Assembly (NCBI GenBank): GCA_964016885.1
Contig: OZ024740.1
Coordinates: 299,212,001 to 299,276,000, forward strand
Direction of reading: 5' to 3'
Origin: Eledone cirrhosa
Lineage: Eukaryota
Length of the DNA stretch: 64,000 nt
A program made the translations under genes and the position numbers. The notes under the pieces are model-generated. The model was not told the origin of the DNA. It made no database searches and saw only the letters and a program-made list of their open reading frames with translations. Positions 41,554 through 54,069 of the stretch are shown piece after piece (position 1 is the stretch's first letter; every line of letters starts with the position of its first letter).

Positions 41554-42448
41554 GGAGGGAGGATGTGGGAATCAGTTTGTGTTAGAAAGAGAGAGAAAGT
41601 GAAAGCGGGAAAGTGAGAGAGAGAGAGAGAGAGGGGGGGGGGGGGAGATAGATAGATAAAGATATGCAAAGAGCGATAGAATGCATTTAACTTTGTGTTC
41701 TAACTCGTGAATCAATTCGCATATCTATCGCATGCTGGTCAACAGAACCTCCGTCTACAACAAATTATAGTGTCAAAGTAACACTTATAAACATGGATAG
41801 CCATACAAGCGATAGTTTACATTTTCTTGTTTAAGCTGTAAATGGGTTATATAAAATCTATATTTAACCGTTTATCATAGAACTAATGTATTCAATATTC
41901 TACATATAGTTTGCATTGCGGGACACTCCATTAATCAGCTGTCAATTCGAAGTCTCGGTGGTTCCAGCAATTTTCGTCAATATTACTTACTTCCTATAGT
42001 AGTACTAATCCTACAATGGACTGGCATCCTGTCCTTGGGGGATTCTTATACTATCCCTCGTCTAATGCAGATGAGTCTGACGGCTTGGGACGACAGACGT
42101 TCACATTATAATAGAGGTGCCAAGCAGCGGTATGCTTCCAGGAATTGACCATCCTTTATAGCTCCCTCTGTAGCGCTGTTTTCTGCGTCATCTATGTCGT
42201 TATCAACAGAATCTTGATACTGGTATACTCACTCAGATCATTCAGGCATTAGGATGATGAGGGTTTGCTCTCTACTTGCAGGTATTTCAATCAAATGATT
42301 TTGCAATATCCATATTGAAACTTTTTCGACCTCTCTCTCCAGTTTTTTAATCCTCTCACTACTCTCTTTCCCAAGTCAAATGCCAGCCAGGTGGGTCACA
42401 CGCACACACACGTGAGCATACACATATAAAACGTTAATTCACCTAGAC

Positions 42449-42783
42449 GAGGGGCGTAAAACAGGCGGCCTGCCGGCCACAATCCGTCTCGCCGCCAGAC
42501 CAGTCAGTGGCCCGCGATGACCGTTTTCAATTTTTACCTTGTAAGCTTATTTATAATTTTTTTCGTAACTGTAATACAATTTTCTGTTAGTTGACTTATA
42601 CTAAAGGACTTCACTGATAGGGTTATGTGTGTTATAATTTCCCACTTCCATATGGAAAGAAGTTGTGATGAATCTTTGGAATAGTGGTTTTCATTAGATT
42701 ACATATTGTTGACAGTGACTGGCCCTAAAAGTTGTTCCAATGTTCAAAAGTGGCCCGCCAATGGAATACGATGTACACCCCTG
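42449..42783. mobile_element. hAT-type MITE
   Basis: Degenerate TIRs gaggggcgta / tacacccctg, subterminal ggccac / gtggcccgc motifs, 8-bp TSD acctagac/atctagac. Confidence 0.7.
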
Positions 42784-43214
42784 ATCTAGACTATACGCAT
42801 ATTGGTTATAGGTAAACATTATTGAACAATGCTTAATAAAAATCCATATTAAATGCAAAAATGGACCTAGTGAAATAAATTAAAAATACTTGTCCTATAG
42901 TCAAGCTTTTCTCAAATGTATTGTTGAGTTGTACTTTTCACTCTGCCTAGGTTTGGAGACATTGCGAGGGGGAGAGGGAGAAGGAATAAGACGGAGAGAC
43001 ACTATGGTGGTGTAGGAACTGAAAATAGTGTCTTAAATATGTTTCTTTAAACATGAGTTGTCGTTGTTTAGTTTCCAGGCAAGTCCAAATCGAATACAAT
43101 TTATCAGAAACCTGTGGCACTCAGGTATTTTAAATGATTACAAACGGGACGTTAAAAAATCCTTAAACCAGAATCTTGGTTTGTGATGCGGTGTGGATTT
43201 CCACATACAAGTAG

Positions 43215-43307
<93 letters not shown>

Positions 43308-43330
43308 GAATGTGGTAAAACTACTATGAC

Positions 43331-43655
43331 TACAATGACATCATGGGAATAAAGAAAAGACGAAGTTCAGTGACGACAAACACACAAATAAATAAATTTC
43401 AAAAAAAAAAATAAGCCACAGTGATAACGATGAGTAATACGTCTTAAACGGGAATGAAGCCTCAGGCAAGTAAAGGTACCAAGTCTTAACACTTAAGGTG
43501 ATATATGAAATATGTGTAATGTAATAATCAGTTATATCCAGTGAGCCGGGAAATCAGTACCAACCAATCAGCCACCTAATCAGTCAGCCAGTCAAACAAT
43601 CATTACGTACAACATGAATCTGATACATTGTTTTTCATTAGTGATTGTTCATATT
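43331..43655 (+). repeat. 325-bp direct repeat, copy 1
   Basis: Near-identical to 57922-58247. Confidence 0.92.
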
Positions 43656-44157
43656 CAGTACGTAATGAAGGCTTAACAAATACATAAATATATATATATA
43701 TATATTCTGCTTCTTCCGTAGCATATGTGGAGGTTCAAAGATGCGTTACTGGTGTCATTTATTTGTGAAACATATATATGAGAGAATATATAAATATACG
43801 TATGGGTATGGGATAATTAAATAGATTCTGGAATTGAAAAAAGAATAACAATAGTTAGTGTAGTAGAAAACAAATGGTGTTTAGGATTTAGGTTTCATAT
43901 GAGCGTAACACTAACCAAAATAGAAAGAAAGAACGACTAATGGAAAACAAGATTAGATTACCAAGGATGATTAGGTAGGTTGGGTGGTGTGTATGTACGT
44001 TTGTATGCATTTTCTTTTGGTTTTATCATTTTATAAAATTTCACCAATAGAGAGCTGGATTCTAATATAAAAACATTACTCTTTCATTGAAATTTAGACA
44101 TCAATTAGGTAAACATATATTTATCTTCTTCTGGTTTCATTATTTTATAAATGTTTA

Positions 44158-44267
<110 letters not shown>

Positions 44268-44659
44268 TAGAGAGAGAGAAAGGAGTCGGTTTCTAACATA
44301 CACAATACACTTTCATTTGAAAATATGTGTGCTAGCAAAATATGTATGCAAGTGGGCATTCGTGCGTGTGTGTGCAGGTATGGATGTTATTCTATATGTG
44401 GATCTGTATGTGTTGAGTTGTATGTGTAGACGTGTATATGTTTTGTATCTATATATGTGTGTATGCAGTTATAACATGCAGAAATTTTCGAAGGTTTGGA
44501 ATGAATTCTACTTGTACCTTCCTAACTAGTCGTGTTCTTTCTGCTTCTGTGAAGCCCGTCTTATCAAGATGTGTACTGAAACAGTTGTATGTATGTATGT
44601 ATGTATGTATGTATGTATGTATGTATGTATGTATGTATGTATGTATGTATGTATGTATG

Positions 44660-45266
44660 TCAGGTCACCAGTTGGTGCTACTGGTAACATGTATCCCAGT
44701 ACAACCTGTCTCATGGTCGGGTCGTTGGCGACTAAACTGGCAACCCCACCAAGGTTTCTTGGTGAGGAGGGTGACTGGACATCCTGCAGGACTAAAAACA
44801 ATACCTGTCAAAGGGCAAAGGAGCTCTTAAGAGTCAATGGCCATCCAAAATCACCGGGAGAGATGACCACTTAGCCTTTGTCAAGGCAGAATTCTAGGAG
44901 AAGGAAAACTCTGATATAACACCTGCAACCCTGATGGTATCCAATGATGTGGACTTGTTCTTCTTTTTGGTAAATATCATCTTGGTTAAGAGAGTGGGAC
45001 TGGCTTTGTGCAGTGCCTTTCCTCACTATAAAAGCTTCACAGCACAGGCATTGCTTTATATCTGGAGATCTCTCTGCACTTGTCATCACATGGTACCATG
45101 GGCCCAGCACTACTTGTCAATAATTGTCACAAGTGTAGTGTTTGTACCAGAGTTTTCAAGTCGCTGGCTGGACTAAAAAGTCACACTTGTTTAGCGCATC
45201 AGTAGGAGTTCTCCTACATGGATATAAAGTAGTGGCCGTACTCGAAAACGAGTTGGCAGCCACCAT
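44660..45266 (+). mobile_element. RTE-derived non-autonomous element (~607 bp), copy 1
   Basis: Flanked by (ATGT)n; carries an RTE-like C-terminal Zn-finger remnant and 3' end. Confidence 0.85.
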
Positions 45267-45287
45267 GTATGTATGTATGTATGTGTG

Positions 45288-45893
45288 TCAGGTCACCAGT
45301 TGGTGCTACTGGTAACATGTATCCAAGTACAACCTGCCTCATGGTCGGATCGTTGGCGACTAAACTGGCAACCCCACCAAGGTTTCTTGGTGAGGAGGGT
45401 GACTTTGGACATCCTGCAGGACTAAAAACAAAACCTGTCAAAGGGCAAAGGAGCTCTTAAGAGTCAATGGCCATCCAAAATCACCGGGAGAGATGACCCC
45501 TTAGCCTTTGTCAAGGCAGAATTCTAGGAGAAGGAAAACTCTGATATAACACCTGCAACCCTGATGGTATCCAATGATGTTGACTTGTTCTTCTTTTTGG
45601 TAAATATCATCTTGGTTAAGAGAGTGGGACTGGCTTTGTGCAGTGCCTTTGCTCACTATAAAAGCTTCACGGCACAGACATTGCTTTATATCTGGAGATC
45701 TCTCTGCACTTGTCACATGGTACTATGGGCCCAGCACTATGTGTCAATAATTGTCACAAGTGTAGTCTTTGTACCAGAGTTTTCAAGTCGCTGGCTGGAC
45801 TAAAAAGTCACACTCATTCAGCGCATCAGTAGGGGTTCTCCTACATGGATATAAAGTAGTGGCCGTACTCGAAAACGAGCTGGCAGCCACCAT
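45288..45893 (+). mobile_element. RTE-derived non-autonomous element, tandem copy 2
   Basis: Direct repeat of 44660-45266 separated by a short (ATGT)n. Confidence 0.85.
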
Positions 45894-46119
45894 GTATGTA
45901 TGTATGTATGTATGTATGTATGTACGTAAGTCCATGTGCATGTATGTCTGTCTGTCTGTATGTATGTAAGTCTGTTGAAGCGGTGGTATGTAGGTATGGA
46001 AGTCAAAAATTTGGATTAGCAAGTAGATAGATTGAATAAAAGCGATGGGTGATCAAACAACGAGCGTAGAAGAGATGAATAAGAAAATTCCAAGAAGAAA
46101 ATGAGAAAAGATATGGATT

Positions 46120-48157
46120 AATAATAATAATAATAATAATAATGCTTTCTTTATTAACCACAAGGGTTTACACAAGGTAGACATTAAGGACAGTACAGGA
46201 CAATACAGGACGGTACAAATGGGCATTTCTGCGTGTAAGAACAAAAAAACAGAGGATGTAATAATAGAACAATGAAAAATTCCCCAATAGGGGGGAGACT
46301 TCCGAGGGCCAGCGTGGAGAAGGCCCATTAAAAAAAGCCACGGTGACCCTGACCACAGAGGGCAATTGTCCTCTCCCAGTTTTCCACCTTCAATTTACAG
46401 GCATATGCTCAGAGTAGGTCCACTCACTCGGGCCATTCTTGCTTCTCTCACCCATCTTTCAACAAAAAGCGGGGAAGAGCGCACTTCACTCTCTGCCCTG
46501 ATTTTCCTTTACAAATGAAATTGGAAAAAATTAATCATGGCATCACCGAAGAAGTAAGTGCTCGTCTTCAGCCCTTTCAGCCACGTCCACCATACTAACT
46601 CTTTCGCCATGGCCACCAGCAGATAAAAACTGCCTGCCCTTCCCGGCTAAAAGAAGAGGGCGGGGCAATCCTCACGATGGACTCAGCGGATCCGTTCAAC
46701 ACGCGACAGCAGATGTTCGACATAAACCCACAAGTCAGCAATGTTCGGACACTGGACGAGTGCATGCAGGACAGTTTCGTCGCCCTGCGCGCATCTCGGA
46801 CATGCCCGGCTGACGGCACCTCCATGCCTGTAGAGTTTATCCCGAACTGGCAAAGCTCCTCGGTAGCACTGCCAGGCCAGAGATTTGTGGAAGTCCTCCA
46901 TAGGCCCTGGCCCGAAAGTCCTTCCGAAGAGATTGGCTAGTTGATTTTCGTCGACGCCTAGACTTTCCCCAAGTACGTCGTCGCTCTTCCCCTCCACTAA
47001 TCCTCTATAGAACGCCAAGGTGGAGTTTCCACCGATCACATTGCCCGATTGGTCGAGGGCTGTGAGCGCCTGAAAACATTCCAATCTCCAAGCGCTCCCT
47101 CTCGGTCTTCGCTTGACCCAGGACTGCAGCTCCGTCAAGGAGAGGAGCTGGGGAAAGACGCGTCTAGCAAACGGTGACCACACCTGATCACCGTCGTGGA
47201 AGAGGTGGAAATGTCGTAGTCTGAGCGCGTGTCTGCGCATCATTAGCCACAGCATGCCCAGCCCTCCATGTAGCGGGTGTTGACAGCAGATGGAACGCCT
47301 GACCATCGGAGCGCGTCCCTTCCACAAAAAGCGAAAGAGCAAACGCTCCAGCGCAGTCAGGCGAGGCTTAGGACAAGGCACGACGGTCGGGCGGTAGTAG
47401 ATGACGGACACGATGTACGCGTTAGCCACCCCCACCGACCTTTCAGGGATAGCTTCCTCTCCGCCCATTTCTGGGTGAGAGAAGCCACCCTACTCGTCAC
47501 CTAGTCCCAGTTTTTATCCGTCTGGAGGTCCGGACCGAACCACACCCCTAACAATTTAACTGGTCCATCCGTCCCGCGCCCGACGACGCCGTTGGACGGC
47601 AAGGACCTGCCTCTCCAGGTGCCGAGCTGCAGGCCCACTGACTTTTCCTGGTTGATCATTGCTCCTGTCACCGCTTCGTATTTTCTTAGTGTAGTGCCGA
47701 TCGCCTCGATGTGTTTGGCGTTCGACACCACTACGGTGACATCGTCCGCATATGTTGACACGGATCTTCCGCATCCTAGCTCCCGCGGGACCCCGCTCAA
47801 CGTCTCCAGTTTGTGCAGTAATGGCTCGAGAGTCAATACGTACAAGAGGGACGAGAGGGGACATCCTTGGCGGACCGAGCGCATGATGTTGAACGGTTCC
47901 GAAAGGTGACCGTTCACTCTCACCACAGAGCAGATGTCGCTGTGCATGGCAGCGATCCAGCCTCTGAAGACGGGCCCAAAGCCATCCGCCCTCAGGACTG
48001 CCGCCAGATAACGATGGTCGACCCTATCGAAAGTTTCGACTAATCTAAATTGATCAAGGATCCACCCGTGCCAGGTTCCCTAGCTACCAGCTCCACGATG
48101 TATCGCATGAGGTGGAGGTTGTCGTGGATGGATCTGTCGGGAATGGCGCATGTCCGC
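46120..48157 (-). mobile_element. L1/Tx1-clade LINE, 5'-truncated ORF2 remnant
   Basis: FDRVDH, SVRQGCPLSSLLYVLTLEPL, YADDVT, LLGVWFG, YRGALPVRDKL, CPRC...ETVLHALVQC; 3' AATAAA then (ATT)n on the minus strand. Confidence 0.9.
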
Positions 48158-48299
48158 CAAGAGGCCTCCGAACAAGTCTGGCATCTGTACGTAAAGTTCA
48201 TAGGGCAGACCATCCAAACCAGGCGAATTACCCCTTGTGCAGCCAGTCATTGCCTCCGATACTTCAGCAGGAGACGCACGTGGTGGATAGAATGTTATG

Positions 48300-49145
48300 A
48301 AACCGCTCCCGTAAGTTTTTGATTTTTAACATATTTAAAACAATTGTGATATAACAATTCTTAGTACAAATGAGACATAAAGCAACAGACACACCTCTCA
48401 GAAAAAATTCGATCCATAGTATCCTGTTATATCGCTCAAATATTCAATTTTGTATTATAAATTTTATATTCAAAAAAGAAAATGGTTATAAATGGAAGAA
48501 AACCCCCTCTGTCTACACTATATAGAACAGCCAAATAACAGCAATTTCACCAACACCACAAACTAGATACACCACCTATCCCATCGCCCCTCTGTGTACA
48601 CTAAATACAACAGCCAGATAACGGCAATTTCACCACCACCACCACCAATCCCAGCATAATAATAATAATTGTTATTATTGTATCTCAAGTTTTCTCAAAA
48701 TGTTTAATTCAAATATTAAGAGAATATGTCAACACATATATTAAACATACGGGATAAACCGCATAGATACACAGATCAAACAAACGCATACTACTTCAGT
48801 CTATTCAACAAAACTCAGTAACGACAACGCCATCACTATAGTCACCGCCGCCACCACTCCATCATTGCTACCACTATCCCATCACCGCCGCCACCACTTC
48901 TTCATTGCTACCACCACTATTCCCCCACTACCTTCTGTTAACTTAAGAAAGGGGAAGGAGGCGGTATTCCTAGACAAGGGAGAGGCTAGCAAAATATATA
49001 AATAGACAGATTTATTGACTCGGTCAAACGTCAACGACTATGGCACTGCTGGCATTCCCCTTCCCCACCAACAATAGAAAAAGCCCCAGCACCACCAGCG
49101 ACATAGCCAACAACAATAACAGGCAACTTCAGCAAAAAGTATATT
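48300..49145 (+). repeat. Unclassified ~850-bp interspersed repeat
   Basis: Inverted match to 1-840; diverged partial third copy at ~53360-53810. Confidence 0.85.
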
Positions 49146-49161
49146 ATGTTATTAATAATAA

Positions 49162-49302
49162 TAAGGATGAAAGGCAAAGTAAATCTCGGTCTGAGTTCAA
49201 ATCCCGCCGAGGTTTACTTTGCCTTTCATCCTTACAGGGTCGATAAAATAAAGTACCAGTAATGCACTGGATAATTGCTGGCCTTGTGCCTAAAGTAGAA
49301 AC
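49162..49302 (+). mobile_element. 5'-truncated MetaSINE-like copy with 5' inversion
   Basis: taaggatgaaaggcaaagtaaatctcgg is the reverse complement of the downstream ccgaggtttactttgcctttcatcctta. Confidence 0.85.
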
Positions 49303-49397
49303 AATTATTAATAATAATTTCATTCTTAAGCCACGCAATGCTCACATTGAGGAACCACTCATGATAATAACAATTTAAAAAACAACAAAAAAGAAAA

Positions 49398-52300
49398 CCC
49401 CGTGACCAAGAAATACCGGAATGGCGGCCGGCGGGGAATAGCCGTCTCTCTAGGGGAGGACGACCCCTCTAGTCTTGGTTGACACTCGTCCTAGAAGTGG
49501 TAACACGAAATGATTACCCCTTGGCGGTTAAGGATAAAACGCGACAAAATAAAGTAAATGTCAAATGATAAAATCTCATACCGGCTCGGCCGTCACTCGG
49601 ATCAAAAAGGGCCGCGTCCCTCAGAGAGGAACCAGACTGGGGTAGAAAAATCAGCTAATGGTTCAAACCTTCCCATCACTTCGGAGCTGGGGACCTCCCA
49701 TAACCGGAATACTCCTACTGTTGGCCCTCCATGCTCACCACCAAGAAATCCAAAGAAAAAGAGAGAAAAATGGTCAAGGGAAGACAATAAAGAAGTTCTT
49801 GTGGCTTTCTACACTGCCATGTACTACCCATCAAATACATCGAATACAGAACAGACATATATCAACTGTAAAAAGAAACATCCCGAAAACAGAGGCTATA
49901 ACAAACTAGCCAATATACGAAGAAATATTTAAAAAAAAAGTTACTAACTGATATAGAAATTGATCAGATCAAGCTATTAGCACAAAGTCAGCGAAGGGAA
50001 AATGAAACATGTGTCAGTGAAAACGAGGTAAATTGTAACACTTCGAATCCCAGGGTTGGGGCAGAATCACTGACAACAAAACAAATTAAAGAAAGGATTG
50101 AAAAAGTGGAGGGAGTGCATGCTCAAGATGAAACTACAAATGAAAACAATGAGATCGTAAATGATAAAGAAATGAATGAGAATGAACTTGCCAACTTGAA
50201 GGATGAAATTATGATCGAATGGATGAAAATGAAAGAATCTGACATGGGGGAACGAGACACCGTCCCTAAAATCCAGAACTGAAAACAGAACCAAAAGATA
50301 ATACACAAGACTAACATAATTCTCAAAAACATTATTATCACAAACAAACTAAACATTACTGATTTAAATCATCTCTAGTATGCATCGGCTAAAGTCACCA
50401 CTCACTTATGTGGAGTGAAAATGAAAAAACAAAGGAATTCCCATAAGAAATCTACTTGGCAAGAGAACATCAATCGCCAAATAAACCTTCTCCGATCTGA
50501 CATAGAAATTTTAACAAACTACAAAGTAGGTGAACATGTTAAACAAACTAAACTTAGAAAATTTAAAAGAAAATACAGTATAAAATCAACAAATGACATA
50601 GACATGCTGTTAAAAATAATCAAGCAAAAAGTGTCGACCAAAGCTGCTCGTATAAGGCGCTTTGAAAAACGATTTAGATTCTATAAGGACAATAATATGT
50701 TCAAAAACAACCAAAGAAACTTCTACAGAAAAATTGGCAAGTCATCAATAACTGCTAAATCAATACCACCCAAAGAGGAAGTGCAAGAATTCTGGGAAAA
50801 GATCTGGGCTGAAGATAAAGTTCATAATATACATGCCCCATGGAAAGACAGACAAATGAAAGATTCAGCTCACCTTGAGGAACAAATATGGGAAAATATA
50901 ACAGTTGAACAGTTGCGTCTGGCTCTAAGAAAAACCAGCAAATGGAAATCCCCAGGAAAAGACAAAATACCAATTTTTTGGATAAATGCCTTCACAGAGT
51001 CTCATGAGCTGTTAGCCCAACTTTTCAATGAAATAGTTAAGGAGCCAGAAAAATACCATCATGGCTAGTTAACGGCATTACATTCCTGCTTCCGAAGAAT
51101 GATGAGACAAACAATCCCAACAATACAGACCGATAACTTACTTGACCACAATGTATAACATTTTAACATCAGTCCTAACTGAATATACATATGACCACCT
51201 GATAACAAATGACCTATTTCCTAAGGAGCAGAAAGGGTGTAAACGAGGCTCATATGGCTGTAAGGATCAGCTTTTGGTTAACAAAATGATACTGGAAGAT
51301 TGTCATAATAGACACAACAATCTATCAATTGCTTGGATAGATTATAAAAAAGCATTCGAGTGTTTGCCACCAAGTTGGATTGAAAAATGTTTTAGTGATT
51401 TTCAAAATATCTCCCGTTGTCAGGAGGTTCCTGTCATTCAGTATGAAGACATGGAAAATGATACTCCTTTTGAATAGTGGAAACTAATCACTGGAAGCTG
51501 GAGAAGTTAATATTAATTGTGGAATTTTTCAGGGTGTCTCTTTATCACTGCTTTTATTCTGCATCGCACTTATACCATTAAGTAAAATGCTCAATGAAAC
51601 AAAACATGGATATAAAGTCTATGACAAAACCATTAATCACTTGTTCTACACGGATGACCTGAAACTATTTGCAAAAAATGATGAACAATTGCAAGGGCTA
51701 TTATCCACTGCGATGACATTAAAATGGAGTTTGGACTAGATAAATGCGCCAAAGCAACGTTCACCAGAGGAAAGCTGCTGAAAAGTTCAGACATTAATCT
51801 TGATCGGGGGAATGTGATAAGAGAACTTGATCAAGAGGAAACTTACAAATATCTAGGTGTTTGTGAAGGAGGCGGAATCAAGCACTCGACAATGAGGGAA
51901 AGGATAAGGAAGGAATGTTACCGCAGAGTAAGAGCAATCTTAAGAACGGAATTGAATGCAAGGAATAGGATCGATGCCATAAACACGCTTGCCATACCAG
52001 TAGTAACCTACAGTTACAATGTCATCAACTGGTCAAGCACAGAGATCCATGCACAGAATGCATCACGCTAAGGCAGATACAGATAGAATATATCTCCCTA
52101 GGAAAGAGGGAGGACGTGGGTTAATCCAGTTAGATATTGCGTTGAAAACTGCAACAATTGCATTATCTACATATCTAAGGGAATAATTGGATGATCAAAC
52201 TCGTTTTGAAACACGAAAGCATCAGAAGATCATACTCCATTACAAAAGATGCACAAAGATACAGTAATGGACTACAAATTTCAGAAGTCCCATTTACTGC

Positions 52301-53289
52301 TGCAATGGAAAACACAGAAAAAGCAAAGCAGGTAAAAGTAACTGCAAAGAAAGAACTGCTGCAGAAACTGGCTAAGAAATGGCAAGAAAAGCCTCTGTAT
52401 GGAAAATACCCAGAACGAGCTAACAATCCTGATGTTGACAAAACTTTAACCAATCAGTGGTTGGCATCCTCTGGACTGAAATCGGAGACTGAAGGACTGA
52501 TTATATCAGCACAAGATCAGTGTCTGCCAACAAAAAAATTACCAAGCCAACATAATAAAAAATAGATGCAGCCCATTATGCCGTGTATGCAAAAAACAAC
52601 CAGAGACCATTGACCATATAATTTCAATGTGCAGTCCTATAGCTCCAACCGAATACCTAAACAGGCATGACAGAGCTGCACAATACATACATTGGATAAT
52701 GTGTAAGCATTTTGACCTGCCCCATCAAAAGAATTGGTGGGAGCATCAACCACCTCCCATACTTGAAAAAGATCACATCTCAATCTTGTTGAACTTTAGC
52801 ATCCAAACAGACCGAAAAATAGATGCAAATAGACCTGATATAATATTGAAGGACTTTAAAAAGAGGGTATGCCTGCTAATTGATATGTCCGTTCCAATAG
52901 ACAAGAATGTATCTATAAAAACATTTGAAAAATTGAGCAAGTATAAGGACCTGGAGATAGAAATTGGAAAAATGTGGAAATTGAGAACTAAAACAATACC
53001 AGTGGTTGTAGGCGCTCTAGGAATGATACCTAAGGGGTCTAATGATTACTTATCGCAAATCCCAGGAAACCCGCGTATAGGAGAAATACAAAAGATAGTA
53101 CTAATGGGAACTGCCCACATACTAAGGAAGATTCTGTCAATATAAGTACATCACAAGTCTAAACACCTAAAGATGCATGTGTGTGTATGTATGTTCTTTC
53201 TTGAACATGGCGGACCTTGTTGTCGCTTGAGGTCACTGGTTGTGACTTGGTGATAACTCGTATGAACATAAAGCAAGATAAATGCAACT

Positions 53290-53348
<59 letters not shown>
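49398..53348 (+). mobile_element. Near full-length, disrupted R4/Dong-clade LINE (RT + CCHC + REL endonuclease) with (TAA)n tail
   Basis: WKSPGKD, EQKGCKRGSYGCKDQLL, AWIDYKKAF, MEFGLDKCA, YKYLGV, LKSETEGLIISAQDQ, RHD, NRPDIILKD, EKLSKYKDL, VVVGALG; many stops and frameshifts. Confidence 0.93.
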
Positions 53349-53349
<1 letters not shown>

Positions 53350-54069
53350 TATTGTTATAAGGCTCAAATATTCAAATATTCAACTTTGCATTGTACACGG
53401 TATATCCAAAAAAGAAAATGGCTATAAATGGAAGAGGAACCCCCCCCTCCTCCTCTGTCTACACTATATAGAAAAGCCAAACTCACCAACACCAGAAACT
53501 AGATACACCACCCACCCCATCACCTGTGTACACTAAACCACCACCGCTCACTACGGCCATCATTACAACCATTATCCCATCACCGCCGCCACCACCCCTT
53601 CACTCCTTCACTGCTACCACCGCTACAGCACCATCACTACAGTAATACGGCCACATCACCACCACCACTGCCTCGGTATCGACATCACCACCACCACTGT
53701 CTCAGTATCGCTACCGCCGCCAGTCTCCCACTTCCAAAAGCTGGCTGCTGCCACCACATTATAGAATCCCTACTGCTAAAAAAGAGGAAGGCATCAAAAT
53801 ATATAGATAGACTCAAAAGAAAAAAGAAAAAACAAACAACAAAACCAAAGCAGCACAGCAATAACAGCAAAAAACGAGAAAAACAAACAGAGAAAAACAA
53901 AAACGAAAACCCCCCCCCAAAAAACCCCAAAAAACGTAAAGAAAATAAGAATGAAAAGAGAAGCAGGCGGACGGACAGAGAAGAGGGGGGAAAAACTAAA
54001 ACTTAAAAAACAAAAACTAAGTCAGACATTCGAACACTACATTACAATGAAACTTATGCTTATTCATTT

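Noticed and set aside
44660-44750. HDV-like ribozyme at the 5' end of the RTE-derived element
   Set aside because: Candidate P2, P3 and P4 could be drawn but no P1 pairing was found by hand.
48158-48295. Segment 5' of the Tx1 remnant as a twin-priming inversion
   Set aside because: GC content fits, but no recognisable L1 motif on either strand; cannot be supported without alignment.
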